From the NCBI RefSeq assembly GCF_009914755.1, contig NC_060947.1: DNA of 64,000 nucleotides. One strand, written 5' to 3'. The notes beneath the pieces are model-generated. The model saw only the letters and a list, made by a program, of their open reading frames with translations, searched no databases and was not told the DNA's origin. Both the position numbers and the translations under genes were made by a program. Below are positions 25,446 through 40,200 of this stretch, in pieces. Within the stretch, counting starts at the first letter, position 1. Every line of letters starts with the position of its first letter. Origin of the DNA: the human T2T-CHM13v2.0 reference genome, Homo sapiens.

Positions 25446-27579
25446 TATCATTTCTTCTTTACTTAGCTGTTCCTAGATACTAGACTATAAACCTCTTTAT
25501 AGCAAGAGTGTGTTTTTTATTTCCCAATACTTAACACAATACTGGGCATGCAGTAGATGTTAAAAATACTTTAAAAAATAAATAAACCTCATTTGGGGTT
25601 CTTTCACTTTCTTAACCATTCATCTCTGTATAAACCCTGGTTTGCGTATGTGCCTCAGAGCAAATGCACAGGTATAGTCTGACCTTTCTAATCCACAATG
25701 GTCTGCACAGCCTACTTCTTACTCTTTTCTAGAAAAGCAGCCTATGTTCACATTTTCCAATTTTCCATAGCTTCATAATTGCTGACAAAAATTTCTTTAT
25801 ACACAATTAAATCCAAACCCAAGTATTACTACTTATAATACTTATTTTTATTTTTACCCCAAGCCATATATTTCTTACCAAGTTTTTGTAACATTGGTGT
25901 TTTAGGATCCACATGTAGAATACATTTTATTCTTATTAAATGTATGCTATTAGGCCTATGAGTCTCCCCATCAAGTCCTTTTTGGATTTTGACTCTATTC
26001 TTCCTTATTCAGTAAACGAGCCAGATTTACATTACTGACAAATTGTATAATAATTTCTGGTGTGACCATATTCATTTTATTGACTTAAAATATTGAATAG
26101 AAGATGAAAACGGCTGGAGACCTAGCATTACAAGTCAGTCTCTCAATCTTGGTCTGTCTTTCTCTCTCCCTCTTTCTCTTAAAATTGAGCCATTAACATA
26201 TTTTAGAGTCCCTTAGCCAGTTCCTATCACATAAATAAAAATTGGTGGGATGAGATTCATGATAGGAATATAATGAAATGACATGCACTATTAAAAATAA
26301 ATGGATTGATACTAGAAATGTAGCATGTCCAATGTAATCATACAACATTTCGGGGGTTACATAGCACAGGCATGTTCAAATTGTTAGTTATCTTTATTAT
26401 ATATATATAATCTCTCTTTCTATTTAGCTTCTTAATTATTTAATTACAAAATCGAGTCTTACATAAATCTGTATATCCGTAACATGTAATGGTGTACCTT
26501 ATGCATAACAGGTAACCAACTGATTGTGGTTTAATGTGAAAGGACTCAATTGCAATGAAAAAGAAAGTTATTTAGCTACAGTTTTCAAGAGTAACTCCCA
26601 GGAAAGAAAAATAGGTAGGATATGTACTAAGAAACTCTTTCCGAAGCTGAGTGTAAAAGATTTCAAGAAAAACGTTCAAAAATATTATTACTTCGTTCTA
26701 AAATAAAATACATTCTGAAAAATATTAGGAGCCATATAAAATAATGTAATGATGAATCATACTCTCAACATAAAACAAATGATCAGTACTTTCTAATTTT
26801 CTATAATTTGTATGTCAAATCTCGTTATTAGGTGTGTTGTACTGTTGCCGAGGTTGTTTTATTATTTGTTTTGGAGAAAAAGACTGTTTAGAAGGTTAAA
26901 CTGATGAATTCACAGACAATTATACAAGCTTGTGCTATTAATATTGTTAAATAATTGCATACAACTTAGCACTTGAGCAAGAACAAGTGTTATTTGTTAC
27001 TGAGTCTCTTCCTGTGATCAGGTGATTAGCATTACATATTCCCAAGAATAAATGATTCCACACCTCAGGGATCAGGAAAATAACCACACTTTCACAGTCG
27101 GAATGTAGATAAGCGCTGTCTTGTAAACTGTAGTAAAGCCAAACATTTATAGCATCTTTTAAAGACAGTCTTATGATCTCTGAATGGTTTTCATCTATTA
27201 GAAATTCTGTACTGTTTGTCTGACTTAATGACTCATGAAAATATAACCTAAAAGTGAAAATACTGAGAACATAAAATAAATAATGGTTTTAAATCAGTAG
27301 TGATATTGTCAATTTGTGTTAGTGGTCTGTACTTGCAGACAAGTAATTGGGCTCTCTTGTCTTAATTTTGTTTCAGTTACCAATATCACTATCCAATTTC
27401 AGCAGAAAATGTCAGCATTAAAATATGTTATTTATTACAAAGTAATAGTTTTTATTGAGGAAAATTTCAAAAACGCAGAGAGGTGTGAAAAGTAAGAGGA
27501 AAAAATATGCTGTCATTCTATCACCTTGACCACTAAGTAGAATGAAAATAAATGGTTGTTATTAGCATCTATAGAGTGT

Positions 27580-27800
27580 CTTTTTGCAAAATTTTGATTA
27601 TCACCTACATAATGCTTGGTAACATCACTTTTAACAATGCATTCTGAACACTTTTATGCCATTAGAAAGTCTCCTATCATATTATATTATTTTTAAGTAA
27701 TAAAATTATATGCTACAGCATTATTTATTTAACCAATCTCCAATTGATGGGCATTTAAGTTGCTTTTGGTCTCTTGATGAAGTAAAAAGATTGTTTTAAA
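27580..27800 (-). mobile_element. L1ME-type fragment
   Basis: 'ttatttaaccaatctccaattgatgggcatttaagttgc'. Confidence 0.5.
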
Positions 27801-28689
27801 AATTCCTTTTTAAAATGATTGCATACAGTTCTGAGCCTGGTTTCGTGTAAGGAGTGTATATTTGTTACATAGGCATTCAAAAGAGCACACTTCTGTTATC
27901 TATTTAAAATTGTAGAATCATGTTAATGTAATGAAACAAATGGCTAGCTAGAATAAGATGGAAACTTGTAGATGCCTGCATTAAATCATAGATTTGGACT
28001 TTGAAAGAATTGCTATTGCATATGACTAATGTTTCTTAGCATGAAAGTTGCTTATTTTAGAATAGCTGGAACTATTTATCAGTGCGTTTGTAAAGCACAG
28101 GTACCTTAAAATGGATCCAATATCTGTTCATATCCTCAATTAATGTAATACATTTTTGACTAAATTTTATTTAAAAAGAATCAACAGAATTGATACAAAC
28201 AATGGGTAAAGATGACAAACTTTTTTAGGTCAAAGGTAGTCTTTTACAATTTCTGGAAGCTTCTTTAAAATGTTATCTATCTTGCCTGGTTTGATTTGAC
28301 ATATGAAATATATTTCTCTATATATTTTCTATGTTTTGGGGCATAGGTGATGTGCAGGGTTACGTTGGTTCATAATATTATCACAATTTTAATCAAACCC
28401 AATTACAAAAGAAAAATGATAATGATCACCTTATAATTTATTGTAAAAATTATACATATATATTTGTGTGATGTTTGATAGATTTGCTCTTATGTAAGAG
28501 AATTATGAAAGTTAGATAGAAACAGCCTTCTGAAATATAAAATATTTGTCCTAACTTTTCCTGAATAGCAGAAACTAAGTATACTAAAATAAACGTCTTC
28601 AAGATTTTCTTCACACGTTCCTCAGACTTTGTTTTAAATCAGACACTTTCAGATAACATATGTTTAATGAAAACACAATGATGTGCTGA

Positions 28690-29053
<364 letters not shown>

Positions 29054-29454
29054 TGAATTGTTATATGCAGCTATATTTATCCAAGTTGCACATATTTAAT
29101 ATAAGCACAATCTGATTAAAAAAAATCAAAGTTCCTGTCTAAAACCTAAAGAATTGTAGTGAAATCGATCAAGTTGTTGAACTTAACTGAACTTCTTTAA
29201 TGCCATAACCTTGATATTCACTATTTCCTTTGAAATATAATATTCCCTTTTGCATTATTTATGCAAATGCCATGCCAGTGTAGTGGAAGGTGTCACCTCA
29301 GTGCAGCTATAGCCAGTAACATTTCCTGTTCTAGTCATAGAAACTTTCATTTATTCATGTTGATTTGTAATAATTCTCAGTCAATTTTTCCTGGGTGAAG
29401 ACATGAATTTGATGAAACAGTAGCAGCAGAATTATTGTTTTGGATGTATTCATT

Positions 29455-29997
29455 AATTTTTTAGTTAAACTTTCTACTTTGAGATAATTGTAGATTTACA
29501 TGCAATTGCAAAGGACATTACAGAGATCTCATATATCCTTTAATCAGTTTCCCTCAATGGAAACATCTTCCAAAAATTTCTTACAGTGGTAACATCTTGA
29601 TAGTACAATATCAAACCTGGATATTGAAATTGACATAGTCAAGATAGAAAACATTTTCATCACCACAAGGATTCCTCCTGTTGCCAATTAGTAGCCATAC
29701 CACTTCCCTTCTGCTGTCACTCCCTCCTTATCTCTGGCAACCACTAATCTGTTCTCCATTTCTATTATTGTGCCAAGTCAAGAATGTTCCATAAATGGAA
29801 TCATACAGTTTGTAACCTTTTTCACTCAGCATAATTCTCTGGAGATTCACCTAGGTTGTTGAATATATCAATAGTTTGTTCCTCTTTATTGTTGGTAGTA
29901 TTCTCTGGTATGGATATATCACAATTTGTTTAACCACTTACCTGATGAAGTATATCTGGATTGTTTCCAATTTTTGAGTGTTACAAATAAATTTGCT
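29455..29997 (-). mobile_element. L1MC-type 3' end
   Basis: 'ttgagataattgtagatttacatgc...ggcaaccactaatctgttctccatttc...ataaatggaatcatacag'. Confidence 0.8.
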
Positions 29998-30286
29998 AAA
30001 ACAGAGCCTCACTCTGTCTCCCAGGCTGTAGAACAGTGTTGTCAGTGGTGTGATTTGGCTCACTGCAACCTCCACCCCCTGGATTCAAGCGATCCTCCTA
30101 CCTCAGCCTCCCATGAAGCTGGGACTACAGGCATGTACCACCACGCCTGGATGAGTTTTGTATTTTTGTAGAGATAGGGTTTCGCCATGTTGCCCAGGCT
30201 GGTCTTGAATTCCTGAGCTCAAACAATCTGCCCACCTTGGCCTCGCAAAGTGCTGGGATTATAGGTGTGAGCCACTGTGCCTGGCC
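29998..30286 (-). mobile_element. AluJb-like, lacking its poly(A) tail
   Basis: Alu dimer begins at 'acagagcctcactctgtc' directly after L1 sequence. Confidence 0.9.
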
Positions 30287-30739
30287 AAATCAATTAATTT
30301 TAAATTCAAAGGTGATATGATGCCCTCTTTGTCCTTCTGATTTTCAGTGTTTTATGAATTGATTTTAGTTGTTTCAGTGGATTAATTCTACAGTATTTGC
30401 AACAGAAAGTATAACAAAGATCTCTGACAAGGTCATGCCTATATTGGGCTGTAGGAAATACTTACTTAGCTACGTATTTTATACAAAATACTGGCTACTA
30501 GAAAATGTAGTCATATTAATTGGTTGTGAAAAAATTATCTTGATTTACTGTAATGGCTTTTATTTACCTATGTATTCTTAAAAATCTATGGAATGTGTTC
30601 TAGATACAAAATAGTATATATGCCATATAGAGAGAACTTACAGAATTAGAGAAATGAACTCCTATGTATCAGTTATGAGTTTCAAAAATAGAGTAGTACA
30701 TCACCATATTGAAACACCTTGGAGCATGGCCTTCTGGAT

Positions 30740-31460
30740 GTTATCTCCCATTCTTCTTTTGGAGGTCACCACTATTCTCAATTTGATATGGTTTGGTTTT
30801 GCCCAATTTTGTTATATAAATGTACTAATCTGATTATATTCACTGTTCTATGACTTATTTTTTTTACTTAGTATTATTTCACAGATTATACTATGATGGT
30901 GGCAGTATCATTATTTATTAATTTCCATTGCTATATAATATTTTATTGTATGAATATACTCCAATTTAATGTATCTCTTGTATTCTTGATGGACATTTGG
31001 GCTGTTTCCATTTTTTTTCTATTATTAACAGTGTTGCTATGACTATCCTTATACTTGTTTCCTGGTGTAGATGTGGAAAAATGTCTCCAGGTTCCATATA
31101 TATCTAGCAGTTGAACAGCTGAGTCTATATGCATATTTTAAAGTATATTAGGTAATACTAAATTATTCTTCAAAAGTGGTGTACCAATTTACATAGCCAC
31201 AAGCATGTGTTCTCTCACATCTGTAATCAGGCCCTCAGCATTTGTTTGCTCACTTTTATATTATTGGTCTTAAGCTTATTGATTCAAAAGAGTACTTCGC
31301 ATATTTTGGATACTAGGTGTTTGACAGTAATACATATTGCAAATGTTTTCTCCCAACTTATGGCTTATCTTTTTACTCTCTTTATGGTACCTATGATCAA
31401 ACGAAGCCCTTAATTTAATCACATTTATTATCTTTTTCCTTTCTAGTTTGTACTTTGGAA
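30740..31460 (-). mobile_element. L1ME-type fragment
   Basis: 'gatggacatttgggctgtttcc...aaagtggtgtaccaatttaca...ttgcaaatgttttctccc'. Confidence 0.7.
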
Positions 31461-32357
31461 AGCTTTTTGAATTTTACTAGGGTTTATAGCTTAAGTTTTA
31501 TATCAGTAAAATGCTTACCAGAATAATGTTCTTTATCTTGAATAGTAGCTTGCATTTATCTAAAAATTATTAGGATATATATTTCATAATAATTTCTATT
31601 TATAGACATATATCCTTATGATTTTTATATAAACACATACCAAATGTATATATATATATATATGTAACAAAGTTTCTTTTAAGGTTTTTAATTTCAGCTA
31701 TCGACCTAAACATGCATAAACTACCTTTTCTTTTAAAATACATTGCTGTAGTTAGCTCCTGAAAACACTTCTACTTCACTGAAGCGGTGATGATTTTTGT
31801 GAATTTTCAGCCATTTGTCTTTGAGTTTTCTCTTTGAAAGACCCTGAGACTTTATTCAGTGATATGAGAGAAACTATGGAATTGTTAATATTTTAAGACA
31901 TCATCATATTCATGATTTATTGTTCTTTGCACAATTGATTCCAACCCAAATGTCCCATGAAATAAAATAACACACTCAGTGTGATTTGTTTTACTAATTA
32001 TTATATGTAGCAATCACTTGACTGTATAGATCAAATTTTACTTTCTAAAAGCTCCTTCCATTAGTGCTAATGTGTTTGTCCCTTTCAAAAAATACATCTA
32101 GTAATCATTGGGCAGGTGGTGAGGAGGAACAGATTAGAAAATGGTTCCTCTCTATTTTTTAAATGATGAAGTAGAAATTCTGTCTTTTATGAACTTCTGC
32201 TGTTTGGTTTCTAGGAAAGTATATGCTTAATTGTTAAAATATTGAAGATCTTACTGTTAACTCTAATTTTTCCAGAGAGAAGAGGAAGAGGAACCGTCAT
32301 TGGTTAAACGCTCAATATAGGTTAGGCAATATTCTGGCCATATGACCTCTAATATTC

Positions 32358-33580
32358 TTCATTCATGCATTAATTCATTCAACAAATTTTTTTTGAGTAT
32401 GTTCTATGTGCCAAGCTGTGTTCTAGGAATCGAGGTAAAGCAGTGAATAAAACAGACAAAGAGGCAAAAATCATGATTTTGGTAGAGCTTAAGCAATAAA
32501 TATGACAGATTACTGCCTTAGAGGTATCTAGAAATTGAGAAATGCTATACAAAATAGCATATGGCTCTGCTTGTAAAATTTTAATGTGCATGTGAGTCAC
32601 CTGGGGATCTCGTTACAATGCAGATTGTGATTCCATAGGTCTTGGGTGGAGTCCTAAGATGCTGCATTTCTAGCAAGCTTCTGAGTGATGCCAATGTTGC
32701 TGGTTTGGGAGCACAGTTTGAGTAGCAAAGAGTATACGGCAAGTGAGGTGGGGGTCGAGCGTGGAGAGTGGGAGAGAAACTGGCTGCACTTTAAAATATG
32801 ATGATTAGGGTGTGCCTTATTGAAAAGGTTATAAGTGAGCAAAGATATGAAGAAGGTGGGGGAATTTAGCTATACACTTATCTAGGTCAATGAAACCAGC
32901 CAGTGCAGAAGGGTGTTACATGGGAGTGTGCCTGACAAGGAGGTCAGTGTGGATGGAATGGCATGAATGAGAAGAGTAGTAGTAGATCGGATTTGAGAGA
33001 CAGTGGGAATAAAGTAGATCTTGCAGGGCTTCGGACACCATTATAAGTTCTTTGGCATTTACGCTGAGATGCGGAACCACTCCAGAATTCGGAGCAGGGA
33101 GGTGACATGCTCCAACGTACGTATTTAAAAAATCACTCTAACTGCTGTATAGAAAATAGACTATTATAAAACAGGATAGAAGCAGTGAGACCAGTTAGGA
33201 GTCTGCAAAATATATGGTAGCTCAGACTTAAGTTTATAGCAGGTGAGATGGTGAGAAGTGCTAATATTCAGAACACATTTTGAAGGTAGAGCCTAGTGAA
33301 CTTATTGATGTCTTAAAATATGCATATACACAGATGTAGGCTGTGAAAGAAAGAAAGGAGTCAAGGATGACTGCAAGGTTTGTTTGTTTTTTGACCTGAG
33401 TTTCTAGAAGGATGAAGTTGGCATCACCTGAAATGGGGAAGGGCTAGGTTTTCAGGAGCATGTCAGAGGTTCATTCTCTGTATGTGTTGAATCCCATGTA
33501 GCCATTAGATCTTCAAATAGAGATGTGGAGTAGGCAATTGTATATGAGAGCCTGGAATTCAGCGAAAGGACCGTGCGAGA
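32358..33580 (-). mobile_element. L2 (L2a-like), interrupted by MER5A
   Basis: 'ttcattcaacaaatttttttgagt...tatgtgccaagc', 'gagaccagttaggag', 'ggagtcaaggatgactgcaaggttt'. Confidence 0.8.
32562..32730. mobile_element. MER5A
   Basis: 'gagtcacctggggatctcgttacaatgcagatt...ctgcatttctagcaagc...cacagtttgagtagc'. Confidence 0.8.
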
Positions 33581-33599
33581 GGTCCAAATTTTCTCTTAT

Positions 33600-33750
33600 A
33601 TCATTCTTAAAACAATCCCTTGCTGCTCATCTTTTATCCACATTTTATAATTGGGGAAACATGTTCAGAGGATATAGCAAACATTCAGTTTGTAAGAGGT
33701 GGAGCAGAGCCCCAGGACAATCTGTAGCTCCAAAGGCCACACTGCTGTTC
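33600..33750 (-). mobile_element. MIR fragment
   Basis: 'cacattttataattggggaaac...aagaggtggagcagagcccagg'. Confidence 0.5.
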
Positions 33751-34049
33751 TGCTTCAATAGTAAAAAGAATCAACACTGGTCACTGCAGCTGGTTATGTG
33801 TTTACTTAGAGCAAGTCGAAAATATTTTTAGGCAGAAAAATTGAGTTGGCAGTTCATCTTTTTAACTTCCCTACTTGGCTACTATAGACAGATTTTGTTA
33901 AGTCAATGCTTGGCAGCTTTCCATATGTTCTAGAGATGCGTGTTCATCTGGGTGTGACAGTTTTTTCTAAGTCACTTCTGCCATAGCTTGTTAAAGGTAA
34001 GAAAACCATGTCTTCACTGATCTTGGGGTCCTAGCGAAGAAATGTGTGC

Positions 34050-34320
34050 TTTCTCAGTGTTGGAAGGGTAGAGAATGGTAAAATGAACATTGGTGGCCTC
34101 CCTGTCCCCCAGTGGAATTCCAAGGCATAGCCTAAATGATTTCTCAGAGGTCCCCAGCAGGGTTGATTCCCGGTTGCTCACAGCAGTAACCTGTTCATTA
34201 ATACCATTTATTGGCTTTTCATGCATCCTTGCCTCACATTCCTCATTGTTCACTTCTTAGGATCACCTCCCAAGTGAATTGTCTGAACCTAAGTCCATGT
34301 CTCTGGCTAATCTAAGAAAG
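34050..34320 (+). mobile_element. ERVL LTR fragment (LTR16/LTR33 group)
   Basis: 'gaggtccccagcaggg...cacagcagtaacc...ttattggctt...ggatcacctcccaa'. Confidence 0.6.
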
Positions 34321-36431
34321 GTGATAATGTGAAATGTGCTTAACTGGTCTATCCATGATAGTTCTTTCTAATTTCTACAACAGTGCCTGGCAAGCAGTCT
34401 CAATAAGTATTTGCCACACCAGTGAAGGACTGTTATTTTCCTTAATGTTTATTAAGTAATAGTAGTAGTTGTTACTATTATTTTAGGCAAATATATTTTT
34501 AATAGGACACAGATAAATTCCCCTTTGTCACTAACACTGCCAATCTTAGTTCTTTCCTTACGTTCCCAGAAACAAGAGTTCTTAAAACTTTGGTATGTAT
34601 GCTTCTGCTATTTTGACTTTTACCTAAATCACATCATTTTATACATGTGATTATGTAATTTGCTTTTTTCACTCAAATTTATGATTTTGAGTTCTATCGA
34701 TGCTACATATTTTCTGCCTTCTATCTGATTAAAAATTTCCCATTCTGTTTTCTTCCTTTATGGTATTTAGCGTTTTTAAATTCTATTTCTATTTTTTAGT
34801 GGTTCCTTGTAAGTCTTTAACACAAATATTTGAATTTACATTTTAAGAGGTACTACCAGTAATGAGCTAAGATTTTTATCATTGCTTAAATTAATGAGCC
34901 TTTCTGTTCTTAATGGCCAAATGTAGGCCATAGTTTACCTTGTCTCCTAGCTATCCCTGTTTACTTCCGTGTTTTCTAGGATTTTAGTTTGTTCTTGCTC
35001 CCAAATAACAAAAGGCTTATTATTATTATTATTATCTTTATTGGATCTTATAATTAAGTTTTATTTCTTTCATTTGCTTATTGAACTCCTTTCTTTAAAT
35101 ATACTTTTCATGTTGGGGAAGTGTCTGCTTTAGTCACTAGGCTATGATACTTAATCTAGGTCTTAACAAGTAGGGTTTTGCCATGAAGAGGGAGAAAGGA
35201 TCAGTATGCAAGGGAGTAGTGTCTGAATTTGCTTTGTATGTGCCGGAATGTCTATGAGTTACCCTTTGAACACAGCTTTGTGTTGCTCTCATGGTTTGTA
35301 ATGTAATCCATGGTATGGTAAATATGTACATCAAAAATAAACTAATAGGAAAAGATATGAATATCAAATTAGAAAGTGACCCAAAATGAAGTGTTATCTA
35401 AGACAATACATTTAATATGTAAAAATACACATAGATTCATTTGAAAATATTTGTCGTATTTCTTTCAAACCTCATCCAATGTCAGCATAAACAAATATAA
35501 CAAACTAGTTTTCAAATTAAATTTAAAAATATAATTCTTCATACCTGGAGCCTCGGTGAGTAGGCATTATGCCTGAAATTTTCAATGTCGATGGACCATA
35601 GATCTGCCTAATTACTCCTAGAGTCATTGGAGCCAAATTGCTGGGATGAGCCATCATTCCCCCATCCCCCTTTCACACCAATGTGATTGTATGCCTTAAT
35701 TGGTTCTCTAGTTATTCATGTTATATGATCTCACCACTACCAGTGCTTCTCTATTAGTACCTCAGTCTTCTTGTTAGCATTCTTACCAAAAGATTATCAG
35801 AAAATCCAAGTTACTAAAAACATATCTAAAACACAAAGCCCGTGAACAGCACATGAAAGCTGGAAGCCCTTGCACTTCCAGAATCCTGCTTGCATGCCTT
35901 TCAGATCACTTACAGTAGCAGAAAAGGTGTGCACCATCACGCTCAGCTCTAACTTGCTCTCTTTTGTATATGATGCGGTAATCCTGGCTCTTAGTGCTTT
36001 GGGATTTTGGTGATAGATGTCATCACCAGTAATTCCACAGTCCCCAAAGAGTTCAACTCTCTCAATCAAATCTTAAGCCATATTGTTGGCTCCCTATAAT
36101 ACTTTAAATTCTACTGTACATTTCTTATAGTGTAATCATGTTAAAGAGGGGGAAATAGGCTTTTTTCCTCTTCTCAATGCATAATCTTTTTAAAGTTATC
36201 TATTCTGATTTCTCTTGAGGTCTCTTTCCAATTACCTGCAAGTTTGCTTTTACTGTGGTGTTCCCTGTATTGTGTGTGTCTTATTCCTTCTGCAAGAAGG
36301 AAGTGGCCAAGCTGACAGATTGCTAATATTACCATTGTCTAATTACAGCTCTATTATGTCTGTACAACAGAATTGCATATCATTTAAGAGGCCACTACAG
36401 CATTTATCAGTCGTTGTGGATTCTAGCCTAA

Positions 36432-36767
<336 letters not shown>

Positions 36768-37187
36768 TTGATCATTCATTTAGACTTGCAGTCTGTGCCA
36801 TGGGAAATCCAAAAGCTCCACCATGACAAATTAACTCCCTGTTACAGACGTAGCTGTTGTCTCTCCGTATCTGGAGACCCTCAGAGCATTTTTAAAAGCA
36901 TGACATTTTAAATGTTAATTTTTATTGCCCAGCAAAGTTAATCACACCTATCTATGAAGAGTTAATTTCCAATTAAACAGTTCTCTGTTCACTATCTATA
37001 ATTCCCTCAAAGGAACCAATCATACTTAAAGGGATTCAGAGCCTGTTATATTTCTTATCGTCTATTTTCATGAGAGTATGTACTTATTATACCAGATTTC
37101 TGGCATTTAGTGTTATAGATATGCAAATTCCATTTTAACTCCCCTTAAGATTTCCAACACCCAAATGAACAATTAAGTTTTAACTTT

Positions 37188-37241
37188 TCATCTGTGTTCT
37201 CTCTCTCTCTCATCTGTGTTCTCTCTCTCTCTCTCTCTCTC
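37188..37241. repeat. Tandem duplication of TCATCTGTGTT+(CT)n
   Basis: Two copies at 37188 and 37210. Confidence 0.85.
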
Positions 37242-40200
37242 AGCACATGCTGTTAAAACTTTAGTTTATGCTATAGGTCCTTGTAGCGACAATTTTAGAA
37301 ACACCCCTTTCTTGTGTTTATACTATTATAACTTTGGGGTCTCTAAACCAATTCTAAATATGCATTATAATTATAACTTTATATGTTACATTCTTATCCT
37401 ACTTTTGTCTTAAGATAATTTATGACTGAATATTTTTGTGGCATCATAATTTAAGCTTTAATTTTACTAAAATGTGCTTTTTGGTTAACAGTAAACAGTT
37501 AATATGCTATAGTCTCCTGGAAACACACGTTCACATAGCTTTTTATGAGCCAGGTTTTTGGTAATTCAGCATATACTTTACTATTGAACTTGCATTCTTA
37601 ATGTGCAATCTGATCAAGAAAAATATCCTCTAATATTTCTTTTGGGTTCCAAGAGCACTGTCCCCTTTCCCAAGTACTACATTTTACCTGAAAAATATAT
37701 GAGAAAGTATGAGAATTCTTGAGCCTAAAGCATTTAAATTTGATTATTTTCAAAATTTGTTAAGTCATTTCAAACTGAAATTGAAAATAAAATTAATTTC
37801 CAAATAGTAAAAGGATAAATGAAACTAAATACTGTTACTGAGAAAATTAGTCCATCTTTAGGGCTTCAAAAAACACACTGAATGTAGCTTTCACTGATTA
37901 TATACACTTTTAAGGTTGCACTTTTTCTAGGTGCTAGGCAGAAAATGGAGCCTGAAAAATATCAAATTGCAGCATAGTAAATCACGTTTGAATCCAAGTT
38001 TTAAGTTATTTGACCAGTACTTTATTCTTTGATGAGCCCTGAATATATTTTTCTCAGCCATAAGGTAGGCATCATGCATTCCTAAAATTGGAGTTGATTT
38101 TCTATGATAGTTTAATTTACTAGCTGCTCAGTTCTTCTAACTGTGCATGTTATATGGGAAGATTATTTTTTTATTTCTTTGTAAATTCATGTCAGATCTA
38201 CCCATGGGAGGAAAATGATTCCTAACTCTTCTCCATTTCTTTTAGTATTTATTCATATGCTGTTTCTGTCTTTTCTTTTTGCCTTTCCCCTAGCTGAAAC
38301 AAGGATGAATCTATAAACTAAAAAAAAATCTTTTTCTTTGTAATATTAGATAGACATATTATCAATAATATTATATAATCTATTGCAACAATCAAGTCAC
38401 CATTAAAATGTGTAGTTTTCTGAGTGTTTCCAAGTATGTAATGTAGGACAATGCTTTAAGTCTGGTTTATTCTCATTTCACTTGGCTTTTTTTTTTTTTT
38501 TGCATACTTTGAGTATATGTTCTTAAGAATATTCTTAAAATATTTTCCAAGACACATTTATGTAAGCTAATCAAACCATGCAATAGATAAGAACTCAATG
38601 TTTTAGAACTCTGTCATAAGAAGAGATATATTTGTGTATGTGTAGATACACACATACATTTAGCACATTTTCAGAGACATATACATTATGGATTTTTATT
38701 ATTGATTTAAATTCTTTATAATATGCAATTACAGATATATTTTATATCAGCTTAAGCATTTTAATTGCAAGATTTCTGTTTAATTTGTCTGCAAAGTACT
38801 CTTTTTTTTCTGGTCATGGTAAATTTCATATTCTTTGACAATAGCTTTTGTTTATTACTAGAAACACTTCTCTTGGGCTAGGTTGTTAATTAACTGTCAT
38901 TTTTGTACAGGGTGTAAAAGAGATATGGAAAGAAGGGTACATGAGCAAATGGAATTTCACACATTATTAACTGTTTTAGTGTCTTCAAACTTCAAAAACA
39001 TATATTAATATTTTTGTACCACGTAAGTTCATCAGAAGCCTGACTTTAATCTCTGATTTATTATATTTGAACACTGTGAAGAAGCAGTTTAACACTGAAC
39101 GAAAGTGTCGTAATGCAGCTTTCAAAGTGGCCATTAAAGACAGATCTCTGCTTTTCTATTAGTACATTTTCTAAGATGACTATCATTGCCATTGTAGTCA
39201 GCTTTGTGTACCTTTATAGAGATTCCAGTATAAACCCAGAAACATAGAGCACTGAGAGAAATAATATCAGAAGTGTTTCACCTTTGGCTACTATTGTAAA
39301 TTGACAAATGACATTATTGCTTTTAGATTTTTAAAACAAACACACTAAGTAGAACATATGCATCCAAATCAGTAGGGTCATTTCAAATAAGTCATACTTT
39401 TTGTTCCAGTGATTCATTAGCCCAAGTACACTTGAAGTTCCCATTTTAGAATTGCTTTCACAGGCCAGTTTATGAAGCAGAAAATAAAGATTCATTTCTT
39501 TCTGGTTAACACCTCATTTTTGGCCAAAAGTGATATAGCCCAATATACCACGAATACCTTACTGAATCTGATGCCCAATGAATTTTAACTGTTTTTAAAG
39601 TTCAAAGCAATCTTTAAAAGAATGAAGACTTTCAGCCATTGAAACTGTCTAGAAGCTGAGCTATGATATTTGAAGGTTCAGTATTTACAAATGGCATCAT
39701 TACTTTTTCTTTCTAGAGAAGGCACTAGAAGGGGGGCTTTCATCAGAAATACCTGGAGGTTTTAGAGAAGGCAGATTCTGTCTGGAAAGTCATGGGAACT
39801 AGAGGCAGGGTGCCATGCTATGATCAGTCAAGTCTCTAATCTCTAAAATGTATTTCGAAGACACAGTTTGAGCAGGTTGAATAAGCTTTTTGTCTTGTAG
39901 GCCCAGGATATACTGCGTTACCAAAGTCCAAGCCCCACAAGGAGGTTATTCACCTGCCCATAGGTCCATTAGAAGTCATCTGCTGATGTGACTGTATTGG
40001 TGATGTGGAATATTAACGTGGAACAGAAAACTCCATGGGAAGGCTTAGTGCTGGGGGAGAGATATAGGCAAAAGAGATGGAGGAAAGGGTTGAAATAAGG
40101 ATTTGTTTAGACAGTTCACTGGTGGTGATTTATTGGGTGTGTTTTACTGCTAACCCACACATGAAGCCCCTGACATCTTGGCTGAGGCTGGTAATTTTTT

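Noticed and set aside
32276-32320. 45-nt exon-like segment (ttttccag|AGAGAAGAGG...ATAG|gttagg)
   Set aside because: Weak donor; the first frame ends in a stop; the 3' half resembles a degraded MIR end; no recognisable peptide.
33690-33706. CTCF-like AGGTGGAGC core (also AGGTGGTGC in the VNTR unit)
   Set aside because: The 5' half of the CTCF motif (CCASY) is absent.
35943-36030. Minus-strand box C (GTGATGA) and box D (CTGA) suggesting a C/D snoRNA
   Set aside because: No terminal stem flanking the boxes and no recognisable rRNA/snRNA antisense element.
38911-39022. Exon-like segment (ttttgtacag| ... CAC|GTAAGT)
   Set aside because: Stops in all three frames; splice-like motifs alone are too common to support a call.
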